DNA from: Ignavibacteria bacterium
GTDB lineage: Bacteria > Bacteroidota > Ignavibacteria > Kapaibacteriales > Kapaibacteriaceae
Direction of reading: 5' to 3'
Length of the DNA: 64,000 nucleotides
Assembly (NCBI GenBank): GCA_013204605.1
Contig: JABMNI010000041.1
Span: forward strand, 170-64,169
The position numbers were made by a program, and so were the translations under genes. Positions 9,754-20,552 of the stretch are shown in pieces (the first letter of the stretch is position 1; each line of letters begins with the position of its first letter). The notes beneath the pieces were generated by a model, which had not been told where the DNA came from, made no database searches, and saw nothing but the letters and a program-made list of their open reading frames with translations.

Positions 9754-12582
9754 TTAGTTTCTGTTAGTCTGGTCTGTTTTCCAATCGGCAATTCGGCATA
9801 GTTCACTGTATGCACAAAAGTTGCAGACATTCTTTTCTGGCCGCACCGGATAGTATGTTGATGTAAGCAACTCTATTCCGTTTGGCACTGTACTCATCGC
9901 CTCGAGGAGCTGTGCCGACACGTTCGTCACATCCATCGAGTCTTTCTCTTTATATACCCATTTTTCTCCCATCGCAATTTTTTGCGACGGTTCTTTGTCT
10001 GATTTTATCGACTTGCCAAACGTTCTATACACCGCACCCACTGGCACGGTAGTAATGGCTTGTTTTTCAAACAACCACTTCACGCCCTCAAGATACAACG
10101 GCATTTGCGAAGCCTTGCCTTGCTTAATTACACTCCACGGTTTCACACCGTAGCCAGTGGTTTTGTAATCTACCACTATGAAAAACATCAACCCCTCGTG
10201 GACTAACGTGTCTACTCTATCTATTCGCATTCGCACGCGCTGGAGAGCCCCCTTACCATCAATTGGAATTTCGATATCTACATCTAATTCGAAAAACGTT
10301 GGACGGAATTTCGTGTCTCGCTGAATTTGAATTTCTTTCATCAGCCAACGTCGCAACAGCCCGGCCCTTCCCTCATGGTCTAACAAAATCCGCTCTTCAA
10401 CCGGTTCGTACAAATAATCGGTGCGATACGTTCGGCGCACCTCATTGTACACTTCAAGTAAATAATTGTACAACTTTTCCACGTCTTCCGTTGGCAACGT
10501 CACCTGATACTGCTCAACCTCGGTCAATGTTCGTGGCAATTTCGAGTCTGATTTGAGGAACGATTCGTAAAAACGCCGTGCAACATCGTGCATCATTGTA
10601 CCACGCTCCAACGCCGACAACTTGTCTTCCTCTTCGGTAGTGTCTTCGAGTGCTAGCAAGTACTTTGCATAATACTTGTACGGACACGCGGTTGCCGTAT
10701 CGAGTCGGCTCGGACTCAACGCTCGCTGCGTAACACTTGCATGACGTTCCAAGGCCTCAGCGCTTGAATCCGCATTTATCACCACAGCGTGTTGCCGTGC
10801 ATTAACATCAAACGCAACGCTACCAACACCCACCCTATCACCATCACCATCACTATCACCATCACCATCACTACCCACTCCGCCACCTAGCTCCGAGGTC
10901 ACTAGCGCGAACGTCATTGTTACGTCGTCGAGAATTTTCCACCCACTTGGTTCGTCAACATTTACTAACGAATAACTCTCTTGAATCTGTGAAAAGTATT
11001 CCGACGGAAGCACTTCATCTTGATCCACTTTAAGTGGCCTACTACAAAACAGAAAGCCCCCTTCACAAACTGCACTCTGGATGTCAGCAAACATTTCGTG
11101 TTGCAATTGTGCATGCAAATCGGGCACGATAAACTCATCCACACCCTTGCCTTTTCTGCTCGGAAATTCGCCATCAACAAAACCAACCGCAAAAACATAC
11201 TGCCACTTCTGCATTCGGAGCATGGACGGACGCATGATTTGAATTCCGTTAAAGGGGCTTTGTGGCACAGCAACATTCGTGTTGCGCACTAACTCCCACC
11301 ACCACGCCAGATGCTGCGCAGCATGCGCCATGCCCCGCCGGTACTGGTGTGAATAGGTTTGGTAATTGGCAATCAGTCCGCGGATTGTTTCAAGCGTTCG
11401 GCTCTCAATTCCCCTGACGTTATGCAGGGCGGCTGTCGAATCTAGTGTTACAGAATTTTCAGATTCCTCGCACAACGTAAATGCAGGGAGTAACAACTCC
11501 GAAATGAATTTTTCTGCCGACATTATTTCGGCAACGTTTTCAATTGCTTCTTGAACGTGCTTTCTAATTATTCCGGCAATGCGCGTTTCCGACATTCTAC
11601 GATCAACTTGGAAATTCAATGGAATCCCCGAGAACATCCCAAGTTCTTCAACTATGCTATCGTAATGTGAATTCTGAGGAAGCACAATGCAAACACTGTT
11701 CAGTTTTATCTCTGCTGAATTAGTCTTTATCCAAGCGAAGATTCGACGAATCTCCTCTTTTCTGCTCTTCCAATTTCGCAACACCGTCTTGAAACCTTTG
11801 CTTGAAGAATTTTCAGTTTCAACTTCAGTATTGAAACTTTCTGTGCTCCATCCGCCGGCTGCAAACCACAGCTCAGCATCGGCGCTTCGAGTAGTATTTA
11901 GCGGGTCGTTGAGTAGTTGCACGCCTATCTTCCAGCCCTTAGCCGACAGTACGTGCAGCAATTCGCGATCAGTTTGCGACACTCCATGCGTTGCCATCAT
12001 CACCATCATATTATACGTGATTTGCGATCGCTTTTCAAGTAAATAAAATTCAGATTCTTTCAACAACATTCCAATGGCACTGTATGATGCGTCTGCCGGA
12101 TCGGAACCATAAAGCCCCTTAGCACTTTCGTAGTCATGCCATAACTTGAGCACTGCATTAAACTCGCGTTGACGTCGGGGAATATCGATATTACTCAGTA
12201 GCTCCTGCACTTTCGCGAACGGCAGACCCTCCTGCTTCCATCGGATAATTTGATTGACGTTTAGCAGGGCGCTGTGAAGTGAGTTCGAGTTTTGCGACGA
12301 CTGCGCAAAAAGCAGTGCGGTTTCAGCCTTGCTCATTAGGCGAGCTCCTGGGTGGAGTTGGCGCAACATATCGCGCACAAACACGGCCAGCGTGCTTACG
12401 TACGGATGGCTTTGCGTTGGATGGTTGCGTCCGAAGATCCGTCGCAACTCCTGCACATGATGCATGGTTGGCACAATCAAAACCGTATCAACTCCGGCAC
12501 TCGCAGCGGCAACATCAGCAAGCTTTTCGCAACACACAGCGGTGCGAATATTTTCATTGTCGGAGCTAGTAACAGCTACCAT
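9754..12582 (-). CDS. AddB-like PD-(D/E)XK nuclease family protein
   Basis: SPSRL...CPYKY, ERGTMMH, RIDRVD...VVDYKT nuclease motifs, C-terminal CNFCAYSELC (Fe-S staple cysteines). Confidence 0.85.
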   Translation of the reverse strand: MVAVTSSDNENIRTAVCCEKLADVAAASAGVDTVLIVPTMHHVQELRRIFGRNHPTQSHPYVSTLAVFVRDMLRQLHPGARLMSKAETALLFAQSSQNSNSLHSALLNVNQIIRWKQEGLPFAKVQELLSNIDIPRRQREFNAVLKLWHDYESAKGLYGSDPADASYSAIGMLLKESEFYLLEKRSQITYNMMVMMATHGVSQTDRELLHVLSAKGWKIGVQLLNDPLNTTRSADAELWFAAGGWSTESFNTEVETENSSSKGFKTVLRNWKSRKEEIRRIFAWIKTNSAEIKLNSVCIVLPQNSHYDSIVEELGMFSGIPLNFQVDRRMSETRIAGIIRKHVQEAIENVAEIMSAEKFISELLLPAFTLCEESENSVTLDSTAALHNVRGIESRTLETIRGLIANYQTYSHQYRRGMAHAAQHLAWWWELVRNTNVAVPQSPFNGIQIMRPSMLRMQKWQYVFAVGFVDGEFPSRKGKGVDEFIVPDLHAQLQHEMFADIQSAVCEGGFLFCSRPLKVDQDEVLPSEYFSQIQESYSLVNVDEPSGWKILDDVTMTFALVTSELGGGVGSDGDGDSDGDGDRVGVGSVAFDVNARQHAVVINADSSAEALERHASVTQRALSPSRLDTATACPYKYYAKYLLALEDTTEEEDKLSALERGTMMHDVARRFYESFLKSDSKLPRTLTEVEQYQVTLPTEDVEKLYNYLLEVYNEVRRTYRTDYLYEPVEERILLDHEGRAGLLRRWLMKEIQIQRDTKFRPTFFELDVDIEIPIDGKGALQRVRMRIDRVDTLVHEGLMFFIVVDYKTTGYGVKPWSVIKQGKASQMPLYLEGVKWLFEKQAITTVPVGAVYRTFGKSIKSDKEPSQKIAMGEKWVYKEKDSMDVTNVSAQLLEAMSTVPNGIELLTSTYYPVRPEKNVCNFCAYSELCRIADWKTDQTNRN

Positions 12583-12704
12583 GCTTAGTTACGACCTCGA
12601 TGTCGCGTATTTTTGTAGTTCATTATTAAAGTCGAAATCTGACATCGCTCACACCAAATAAATCCGTTCCATTTTTACACTCGCACGTTGCATCGTTTGA
12701 CAAT

Positions 12705-13619
12705 ATGTTTTGCAACCGAGTCCGTAGCATTTTGCGTCGCAATAAATCCGCTACGCTCTTAGTTTTGCAACCTAATCAAACCGAGATAACTGAGTGTGTA
12801 GCGAGACATCACGATATCGCACAAACCCCGTGGTTGTTGAATTTACTGATTGCGTGTTGTCTGTGTTTGATTGCTACCTCATGCAAAATGGATTCTGTTC
12901 TCAACTCAACCGCAAAACTTGAAGTCTACAAACTTTCCAATACAATTATCGCAGATTCACTTCGCACAGAGTTTGCTTTGCCATCGGGATCGGAAACGAT
13001 ATATGGATTTTACGTAAAACAACCCGATACAAATCGCATAGCCCCGCACCCCGTAATTATTTTTCACCATGGCGCTGCAGACGATCTGCAATATTATTGG
13101 CCAAGGGTAGAATTACTTTTTCAAGCGGGCTTCGACGTGTGTATTTACGACTATCGTGGCTTTGGAAAAAGTACGGGAAGCAGCTCCGAGCAAGGTTTGA
13201 AAACCGATGCGCAAACGGTGCTGAATTTTGTTAGGGGGCTTGCCACGACTGATACATCATTCATAGTGCACTACGGCTTTTCAATTGGCATCGTCAATGC
13301 ACTTTATTCTGCTGCCGAATTGCATCAAGCGAAATCAGTCATTATCGAGTCAGGTTTTGCCGAAGGACGCATTGATGCAATTCACGGTGAGTTCGACAAC
13401 GAAGAAACAATTTCCAATATCCACACTCCGGTTTTAATTCTCCACGGTCACGCCGACACTATTTTCGACTACACCCGAAACGCCGTCGAACTATACGATG
13501 CAGCAAAAAACCCCAAGCGCCTCATTGGCATTCCAAATGCAAATCACGAAACCATCCCCGCAACCATGGGCACACAACAATACTTAGATTTGATAACTGT
13601 TTTTGTAAGGGGCTCATAG
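12705..13619 (+). CDS. Alpha/beta hydrolase, probable lipoprotein (start uncertain)
   Basis: FHHG, YDYRGFGKS, nucleophile elbow GFSIG, LILHGHAD, ANH; lipobox-like IATSC. Confidence 0.85.
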   Translation: MFCNRVRSILRRNKSATLLVLQPNQTEITECVARHHDIAQTPWLLNLLIACCLCLIATSCKMDSVLNSTAKLEVYKLSNTIIADSLRTEFALPSGSETIYGFYVKQPDTNRIAPHPVIIFHHGAADDLQYYWPRVELLFQAGFDVCIYDYRGFGKSTGSSSEQGLKTDAQTVLNFVRGLATTDTSFIVHYGFSIGIVNALYSAAELHQAKSVIIESGFAEGRIDAIHGEFDNEETISNIHTPVLILHGHADTIFDYTRNAVELYDAAKNPKRLIGIPNANHETIPATMGTQQYLDLITVFVRGS

Positions 13620-13620
13620 A

Positions 13621-14208
13621 ATGTTTACAGGATTAATCGAAGACGTAGGCGAAGTTGTGGAAATGGAAACCGCTGCAGACAGCGCAACGTTTACCATTCG
13701 TACAATACTTACCGACATAAAAGTAGACGATTCCATTTCCGTGAATGGGGTCTGCCTAACCGCCACCGCCGTAACAAGCGGTACGTTCCAAACCACCGCC
13801 ATTAAAGAAACACTCATCAAAACCACAGCGGGCAAACTAGTAGTGGGCTCGGCAGTAAACCTAGAACGCGCCATGCGAATTGGAGATCGCCTCGGTGGCC
13901 ACATGGTGTTGGGTCACACAGATTGCACTGGTACCATCACCTCCATTGTGAGCAATTCCCAGGGCAAAGAATTCTGGATCTCCTTCTCACCGGAATTCCG
14001 CAAGTGGCTCATCCCCGTCGGTTCGATATGTGTTAACGGCGTATCACTCACCATTGCCGAACTAACCGATACTACTTTCAAAGTAGCAATCATCCCCCAC
14101 ACACTCCAGCTCACAAACCTGGGTTTGGTTGGTGCGAATGATATGGTGAATCTGGAGTTTGACTCCATGGCAAAACACGTTGAGTCAATTATGAATTACA
14201 AATTATGA
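13621..14208 (+). CDS. ribE: Riboflavin synthase (alpha chain)
   Basis: MFTGLIE N-terminus, DSISVNGVCLT, VNLERA, GGHMVLGH, GSICVNGVSLT. Confidence 0.95.
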   Translation: MFTGLIEDVGEVVEMETAADSATFTIRTILTDIKVDDSISVNGVCLTATAVTSGTFQTTAIKETLIKTTAGKLVVGSAVNLERAMRIGDRLGGHMVLGHTDCTGTITSIVSNSQGKEFWISFSPEFRKWLIPVGSICVNGVSLTIAELTDTTFKVAIIPHTLQLTNLGLVGANDMVNLEFDSMAKHVESIMNYKL

Positions 14209-14283
14209 ATTACGAATTGTGAGTTTCAAGTGCTCGTAATTCGTAATTTCTTATGTCGTAATTCGCAATTCGTAATTCCTAAT
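14190..14283. repeat. Heptamer tandem repeats in inverted arrangement between convergent genes (possible bidirectional terminator)
   Basis: AATTATG/AATTACG units followed by reverse-complement CGTAATT/TCGTAAT units. Confidence 0.7.
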
Positions 14284-14695
14284 TGACTAAGAAGTTCATG
14301 GTTACGACCATTCCGTCGGCAGTCCTTTTAAAATCTGAAACATCAGAAAGACTGCGGATGAGGAAGACGCCACGGCCGCCTTCGCGGAGGACGTTTTCGG
14401 GGAGGCGCGGGTCGGGGACGTCGTTCACGTTGAAGCCGGCACCGCAATCAGATACACAGATTGAAATTTGATTTTCAGATGAAAGAACTTCGATGGAGAT
14501 TAGTTTTTCGCTGTCGAAATGGTGGGCGTGAATAATGGCATTATTGACGGCTTCGGTTACGGCTACAAGGAGGTTGTGGTATTTATCGAAGGATAGATGC
14601 GCAATGGTTGAGATTGAACGTAGGAAAGGATCGACCATGGTTATGCCTTCGGGGTTGCTCTGCATAACAAGGGTATTTGATTCGGCTACGTTCAT
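14279..14695 (-). CDS. RsbW-like anti-sigma factor / Ser-Thr kinase (HATPase_c_2)
   Basis: VAVTEAVNNAIIH, SDCGAGF, VPDP, EGGRGVFLIRSLSD. Confidence 0.9.
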   Translation of the reverse strand: MNVAESNTLVMQSNPEGITMVDPFLRSISTIAHLSFDKYHNLLVAVTEAVNNAIIHAHHFDSEKLISIEVLSSENQISICVSDCGAGFNVNDVPDPRLPENVLREGGRGVFLIRSLSDVSDFKRTADGMVVTMNFLVN

Positions 14696-14738
14696 AAGAA
14701 GTGTAAAATATAGAGAATTCGAGTGTGTCGGCCTGAAC

Positions 14739-16745
14739 CTACAGGTTGACTTTTGCCTGTAGCAGGACGTTGGGAAGCTCGCGATATCCGGTGACGTTAA
14801 CTGTTTGAAACTCATACCAACCGCTTAATGAAAACGTGGAACCGCCGGCAGTGCGGTATCGGATTGAAGTTTCGGGCGCCCAGAAATGCACCGAGTTGAT
14901 TAGCGACGGTAGCCCTTCCACGGTCTGCAGCGTATGTTGCTGCAACGTGTACAGCCGCACGCCAAACCCCACATCCCAAATGTTTTGTCCAACGCCTTGC
15001 ATCCATGGCGTGGTGACGGCATCGCGTGCGGTTGACCCAATTGTAGTGAAGGCCAAAAATTTTATGAGATATTCGAGATTGTTCGTTTGTGGAATTTCTG
15101 AAAAACTTGCGGGTAACAGAGTGCCCCTTTCAAAATATCTTAGCAGCAACTGAGTTTCGGTGCGGATGTGCTGCGTGAGGAAAATCTTGATGGAATCGCG
15201 GTAGGAAATTTGGCGGAAACTGTAGGAGCGGACGCTGGCGCCTTGACCCTCGAAATCGTAGATGGTGTAGTTGGCCAGCACTTCGAGTTGCGGCTGCATG
15301 ATGAGCGATTTGCCGGCAATACGCACAAAGGGCGACAGCCGAATAACAGTGTTCTGATTGTTTAGAGCACTGCGTAGTGATTTGAGAAAAACCAAGTGGC
15401 CAAATTGATACGCGGCCGAAACGCCGGCGGTTAGCACCGACGAAATGCTACGGGTGTACCGTAATGATGCGAGGGCGGAAATTTCATCTCGATCATCATC
15501 ATTTAGGGGGCTTGGGGTGTCGTATTGGAGTAGCCACCAGCTCCACTCGGCTTGCAATGTATCGTGCTCTGAAAACCGATGTTCGGCACGAGCCAAGAAC
15601 CGAGTGCGCACGGTATTATTGTCGCGCTGGAACTCCTGCGCCCGAATTTGTGCGAAGTCGGTTGGAGTGATGTTATAAACCTGCGAAACACTGTTCTGTT
15701 CGTTGCGGCGGTACACAGAAGCGCCAGTCATAAGACTGGTGCTCAACGAGGTGTATGTAACAGATCCCTCAAAATCGAGCAACAATTCGCCCAGCTCACG
15801 ATTTACGGCTGTAATTGTAGCTGTTTGAATGTCCTCCTTATACAGCCTACCAATCCGGTTGGATTGCACGCTGCCTAGCCCCCTTACGGAGAAAAGTGGC
15901 GACAACACATAATCCAGATTCCCCGAAAAACTCACGCGGTTTTCGTTGCGCGCCTCCACTGCAAGTTGATTTTGCGTGCCCGAAATGGTTGTGAAATATG
16001 CCCGCTCCAGGGCGCCGTAGTTACCAGAAATAGAAAACCTCGAGCCATCGGCAATGGTCCGCGAAGCCCTGGCGTCGACATCAAAATCGGTGTTAATCCG
16101 CAAGGCGTCCATTTTGTGCCAGTCGGCAAATACCTTGCCCGACATGTCCCATTGCTCCAAATCGGCGTGGTTTAGGACCGCTTGACCCGACAAAAGTGGA
16201 CCCGTGCTGATTACTCCCAACTGGGTGGTTTGCTCGAGGCCGCCAAATGCTTCCGACCAAAAATCCTGGTCGGGTGCGTATTTCATGCCCACGGCGCCAC
16301 CTATGCGCTGTAAACTTGACAATCCCAAACTCCTCGAATCTCTCGAAACCAGCCAAGTTTGCCTAAAAAATGTGGAAAGGGGCTCAGAAATCGGGTAGGA
16401 AAATTCACTAAACAGCGCCTCGTCGTCCCGAATTGCCGTGTTTAACGTCCGAAATGCCGATCCGCGGTACACATTGCTCAATCTGAACGTTCCTTCAAAC
16501 ACCGGCACCTCAATATCCGCATTCCCTATAAAAACAAAGGTGTTAGCTATTTTATCAACGCCGAATTGTAAGGCATCCGACAACTGGCCGCGTGGCTGAC
16601 TGAACAAAAGCTGGGATTCTTGTGCAAAACTCGATGTAACAAATGCCAGAATAACGGGTATATAGCAACACATACTAAACGCAACAGCAGCAAGGCGTAC
16701 AGCCGACTCACTAATCGCGAAATATTTATTTTTAGTATGTAACAT
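14739..16745 (-). CDS. Hypothetical secreted/outer-membrane beta-strand-rich protein
   Basis: 668-aa ORF, signal peptide ending SFA-Q, amphipathic beta-strand pattern, C-terminal ...LQAKVNL. Confidence 0.7.
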   Translation of the reverse strand: MLHTKNKYFAISESAVRLAAVAFSMCCYIPVILAFVTSSFAQESQLLFSQPRGQLSDALQFGVDKIANTFVFIGNADIEVPVFEGTFRLSNVYRGSAFRTLNTAIRDDEALFSEFSYPISEPLSTFFRQTWLVSRDSRSLGLSSLQRIGGAVGMKYAPDQDFWSEAFGGLEQTTQLGVISTGPLLSGQAVLNHADLEQWDMSGKVFADWHKMDALRINTDFDVDARASRTIADGSRFSISGNYGALERAYFTTISGTQNQLAVEARNENRVSFSGNLDYVLSPLFSVRGLGSVQSNRIGRLYKEDIQTATITAVNRELGELLLDFEGSVTYTSLSTSLMTGASVYRRNEQNSVSQVYNITPTDFAQIRAQEFQRDNNTVRTRFLARAEHRFSEHDTLQAEWSWWLLQYDTPSPLNDDDRDEISALASLRYTRSISSVLTAGVSAAYQFGHLVFLKSLRSALNNQNTVIRLSPFVRIAGKSLIMQPQLEVLANYTIYDFEGQGASVRSYSFRQISYRDSIKIFLTQHIRTETQLLLRYFERGTLLPASFSEIPQTNNLEYLIKFLAFTTIGSTARDAVTTPWMQGVGQNIWDVGFGVRLYTLQQHTLQTVEGLPSLINSVHFWAPETSIRYRTAGGSTFSLSGWYEFQTVNVTGYRELPNVLLQAKVNL

Positions 16746-16825
16746 TTTTTACTTGCGTTGTCTTTACCAAAGAACTAAGTTTGGCACAGTCTTGGGAGTG
16801 GCTTCTCAGGAATAACATATAATAT

Positions 16826-18025
16826 ATGTCACAATCACCCCGCACAATATTACTGCTAGATGCAGATTCTGCACGCGCAATTGACACCGCGCAGATTTTG
16901 CTGCAGCATAGCGTTTCGGTTTTAATGGCCAACGATGTTGCTACGGCGCAGCAATTGGTCAGGCACCACCGTCCAGGCGTGGTTGTGCTAGATGGCGGAT
17001 TTCTATCCATCAAGGACCTTCGCGAAAAACTTTTCATCCACGGTTTGAATGTTGATACACCGTTTGTAATTCTTTCGCCGGACCGCGAACCACTTGCAGA
17101 AACCAACGTTCCGTACGCAATTATTTCGCGTCCGTTAACCGATGCCGGCATTACATCCTTACTTGCCATACAGGGTCTGCCCGTTCAAGGTGAAATTCCT
17201 CCAATTGTAACTCCATCGCAAACGCAGCCTTCGCTGTTGTAAGCGTTACCACACGAATATCGCACTCCTTTAACTGACATCATTGGCCAAGCTTCATTTT
17301 TGCACGGTCATGCGTCAGATTGTCCTGCCGAAGAAATCCGAGAAGTCAGTGCCGAAATCTTATCTGCCGCACGCCGGCTGCTCCGCACTACGGATAACTT
17401 TTTGATGTACGCGCAAATTGAGACGCTATCAGATAGCCCCCTACATATCGAGCGGATGCGTCAGTGCACATCGGTCGAGCCCGCGGGCATTATGTACGAC
17501 GTGGTTGTACAAAAAGCGTTGGCCCACCAACGTCAGCAAGACGTATCTATGGCGCTCGACATCGAAGGCGTGCCTATTGCTATTATGGAGCAGCACCTCG
17601 ACAAAATCACTTCGGAGTTAGTCGAAAACGCGTTGTACTTCTCGCGTCCGGGCACTCCAGTTACCGTCACCGCCACACCAAGCAAATCGGTATTCGGACT
17701 AACTTCCGGTAACGATGGCGCGTATGTTTTTTATCCCGACTCCGTTGTTTCTAGCATAGAGAACGATGACCTTGGAAATGAAATCCAAGTTTCCATCTAT
17801 CCCAACCCTTCCAATCACTTGTTCACCATCGATCTAACCGGTACAGGATTCAACCCTGCAGAAACAATCATAACCTTATTCGATGCCCAAGGAAAAAAGA
17901 TTTTTGAAAGGTTTCCAACGAACATTCATAATCAATTTAGCGTTGAAGGACTTCACAAAGGTTTGTATTTGCTTCATATCGACAATCAAACAACCAAAGC
18001 CGTTAGAAAATTGCTCGTTGACTAA
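16826..18025 (+). pseudogene. Interrupted hybrid receiver-histidine kinase fused to a T9SS C-terminal domain
   Basis: Receiver-like ORF 16826-17242 ends in TAA, but the same frame continues with H-box LPHEYRTPLTDIIG and N-box ELVENALYFS, then switches to a T9SS CTD (IYPNPS...GLYLLHI...KLLVD) in place of the G1/G2 boxes. Confidence 0.7.
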
Positions 18026-20535
18026 TTGAGTACGAGCATGGGCTCGCAATGTATGCCAGTGTTTGTTGAACAAACTACATAGTAGGTTCCGTTTTGCAAG
18101 TCCGACACATCCACTACTATACTACCTTCGTTTCCAACGCTAACTGAGTTTCCATCAATCGGTAACTCTCGCACGGTGCGTCCTAGGTAGTCGACCAATT
18201 TTAATCTCACCTGCGAAACTCCTTGACCAAGCGCACTAAAATTTACGAATCGAATGCTCGCGCTATTCGAAACCGGGTTAGGTGAAACACTTAATTTGAA
18301 TTGAGTGCTTAGATCTTTCTCATTTTCATCAATTGATGTTAAAAGCGATCGAACGTAAAGCCCTTTGTCAGTTGACACCCATAGCTGTTGCCGTGCATCA
18401 AGAGCTACACCAGAGATTCTCGTATTAAATGGAGTCACGGATTTCTCTTTCCATGACAGACCATTATCTACCGATACAAGGATAGCTTTGTCTGAGCTAG
18501 CCACGATAACAGCAGGAGCATGATCAATCGACCATGAAACATTGCTAGCTAATTCAAGGTTGTAGGATTCAGTATGTACCGATTTCCAAGTGCCACCGTT
18601 ATCGGTAGATCGAAGCAAGTACCAGTTATCCCACCTGAACTGTCCCTTATTCGACCAAACATCCCAGGTAGGTCGGGATGCCCAACATAGCAAAACATTG
18701 TCGTCAACTTGCACTACGTTCTCAATCCATGTAAGGTCAGCAGGTACGTTTGATTTTGCCCACGTAACGCCATCATTATCTGTTGTCCAAATGCCACCTG
18801 GAACTGAATCCTTCAACTCACCATCCTTTGAAATAACATACCCTCTATAACCAATCACTATTCGGCCACTGCTTAAGGGTATAATCGATGAAATAGCAGG
18901 TTTAGAAGTAGCTTCTTTATAAGCATCGGGAACGTCTGACCAGGTAGTTCCTTCATCCTCAGACATAAACAGCTTTCTAAAGCCAGCGTACAATACATTT
19001 TTTGATGGCTGGCTGGCTGCTGAAATCGTGTCCTTACGAATTGCTCGACTATTGTGCCCCTCAATCGAAAACAAACCATTACTTCTAAAGCTAAACAGGC
19101 CAAAGTCAGAAACAGCCAGTGGCGAATTTCCGATTTCGAATCTACTTCTTGATTCAGGAGTCGAGGTTAGGAGTTTTGCATATTTCATCCAGTATGGGCT
19201 ACTACCATCGTCACCAATAGTCAGAACATCCCCAAGGCTCGACAATGATAGTATACTACTGTCACGGCGTCGCACTGACAAAAACTCACGTGGTCTTTGG
19301 GGCTGTCCGTCCGCTGAGTAGCACTTCCCTGTGGGCTGCAAAACACCACGTTCAAGATCTACTTTATTCAGCATCGTTGAAACACCAGTGGATAGTAACT
19401 CTTCTCCATTCCACAATAAAGAATATAGCCTAGTTCCACTCACAACAACTTTTGATTGGCCCGTTTTAACGTTAAAAAGAACGGTGTTGTTAATACTCTG
19501 AAGCCCCTCTGTGTGACTATACTTCATAACAACCGAGTCACCCTTCACAGCAAAACCACCGGGCCCCCTGTTCACTGCACTCACACGTGTTTCAAGAGGC
19601 AAACGGTAAGCTGTAAATGAACTTCCAGTTGCTACAACTACGTACCCTTTGTCAAGCGCCATAACAACTACGGAGTCATTTATTCTTACCAAATAACTGC
19701 TGACGTTTGAGACATCGATTTTGGGGAATGGAATGGCTGCTTCACTAGGCACATCTAACTCGTTCAAGTACACCCACGAATCACTTTCACTTGCCCTACG
19801 AGCAAGGCCAACTATCAAATTCGTGTTTGAGCCAGCCAACGAAACGGCACTGCCTTTTTCTAAAAATTCAGTATAACCTACAGAAGTAGGCAAGCTGTTT
19901 GTCGCTTCCCAACGCTTTGTTTCTAGATTCAACCAGTGCCATGATGAATCCGCTTGAGCAAACGCGAAAAATCCTTTGGTTGGGTTATAACTCGTAGATA
20001 AGAAATGCGCCGTTTGTCCCCGATACGATTTCAAAGAATCTGGAATCGGCGCGCGAACCCAAGTAACACCACGATCTGTTGAATATGAATCCAAAATTGC
20101 GAACGCATTTGGTTCGAACCCTCTGAAATTGTTACCGTCAGCTATTCCTCCACCAACGTTTTGACTATCCAAATCTTCAAAAGTCAACACCCTAGGTGAA
20201 TCGGAGGGCTTCGTGAATAGGTACGTTGTACCTCTAGTCTCAGTAGCGAATGTTCCTCCTGAAATAATCCAAGTGCCATCTGCCAACCACGCATTTTGAT
20301 TGCTTGCCACTATCCTTTTGAAAGACGAGTCCGGCAAGAACTGGTGCATTTCATCTGGTGTTGATCCCTTGAACAATCCAAATCCCGTTGTCACTGTACC
20401 CCACGTAGCATGCCACCTACAATATTGCCCATCAAATACTGAAGAATATTCTGTCCACCAATAGTCTGGCAATGGTTGCTGTGCTTGCGTAACGATGTTT
20501 AACGCAAAGAACATTGTCAAAATCAAGATTTTCAT
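18022..20535 (-). CDS. T9SS type A cargo protein, BNR/Asp-box beta-propeller
   Basis: Signal peptide MKILILTMFF...AQ, Asp-boxes SxDxGxTW (STDRGVTW, SEDEGTTW, STDNGGTW), CTD VSPNPVS...GTYYVV; SD AAGAGG upstream of ATG 20535. Confidence 0.85.
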   Translation of the reverse strand: MKILILTMFFALNIVTQAQQPLPDYWWTEYSSVFDGQYCRWHATWGTVTTGFGLFKGSTPDEMHQFLPDSSFKRIVASNQNAWLADGTWIISGGTFATETRGTTYLFTKPSDSPRVLTFEDLDSQNVGGGIADGNNFRGFEPNAFAILDSYSTDRGVTWVRAPIPDSLKSYRGQTAHFLSTSYNPTKGFFAFAQADSSWHWLNLETKRWEATNSLPTSVGYTEFLEKGSAVSLAGSNTNLIVGLARRASESDSWVYLNELDVPSEAAIPFPKIDVSNVSSYLVRINDSVVVMALDKGYVVVATGSSFTAYRLPLETRVSAVNRGPGGFAVKGDSVVMKYSHTEGLQSINNTVLFNVKTGQSKVVVSGTRLYSLLWNGEELLSTGVSTMLNKVDLERGVLQPTGKCYSADGQPQRPREFLSVRRRDSSILSLSSLGDVLTIGDDGSSPYWMKYAKLLTSTPESRSRFEIGNSPLAVSDFGLFSFRSNGLFSIEGHNSRAIRKDTISAASQPSKNVLYAGFRKLFMSEDEGTTWSDVPDAYKEATSKPAISSIIPLSSGRIVIGYRGYVISKDGELKDSVPGGIWTTDNDGVTWAKSNVPADLTWIENVVQVDDNVLLCWASRPTWDVWSNKGQFRWDNWYLLRSTDNGGTWKSVHTESYNLELASNVSWSIDHAPAVIVASSDKAILVSVDNGLSWKEKSVTPFNTRISGVALDARQQLWVSTDKGLYVRSLLTSIDENEKDLSTQFKLSVSPNPVSNSASIRFVNFSALGQGVSQVRLKLVDYLGRTVRELPIDGNSVSVGNEGSIVVDVSDLQNGTYYVVCSTNTGIHCEPMLVLN

Positions 20536-20552
20536 TTTGTGGTTCCTCTTAA

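Noticed and set aside
17240-17242. Programmed readthrough or alternative genetic code at the kinase TAA
   Set aside because: TAA terminates many normal genes here and the kinase is also C-terminally truncated, so decay is more parsimonious
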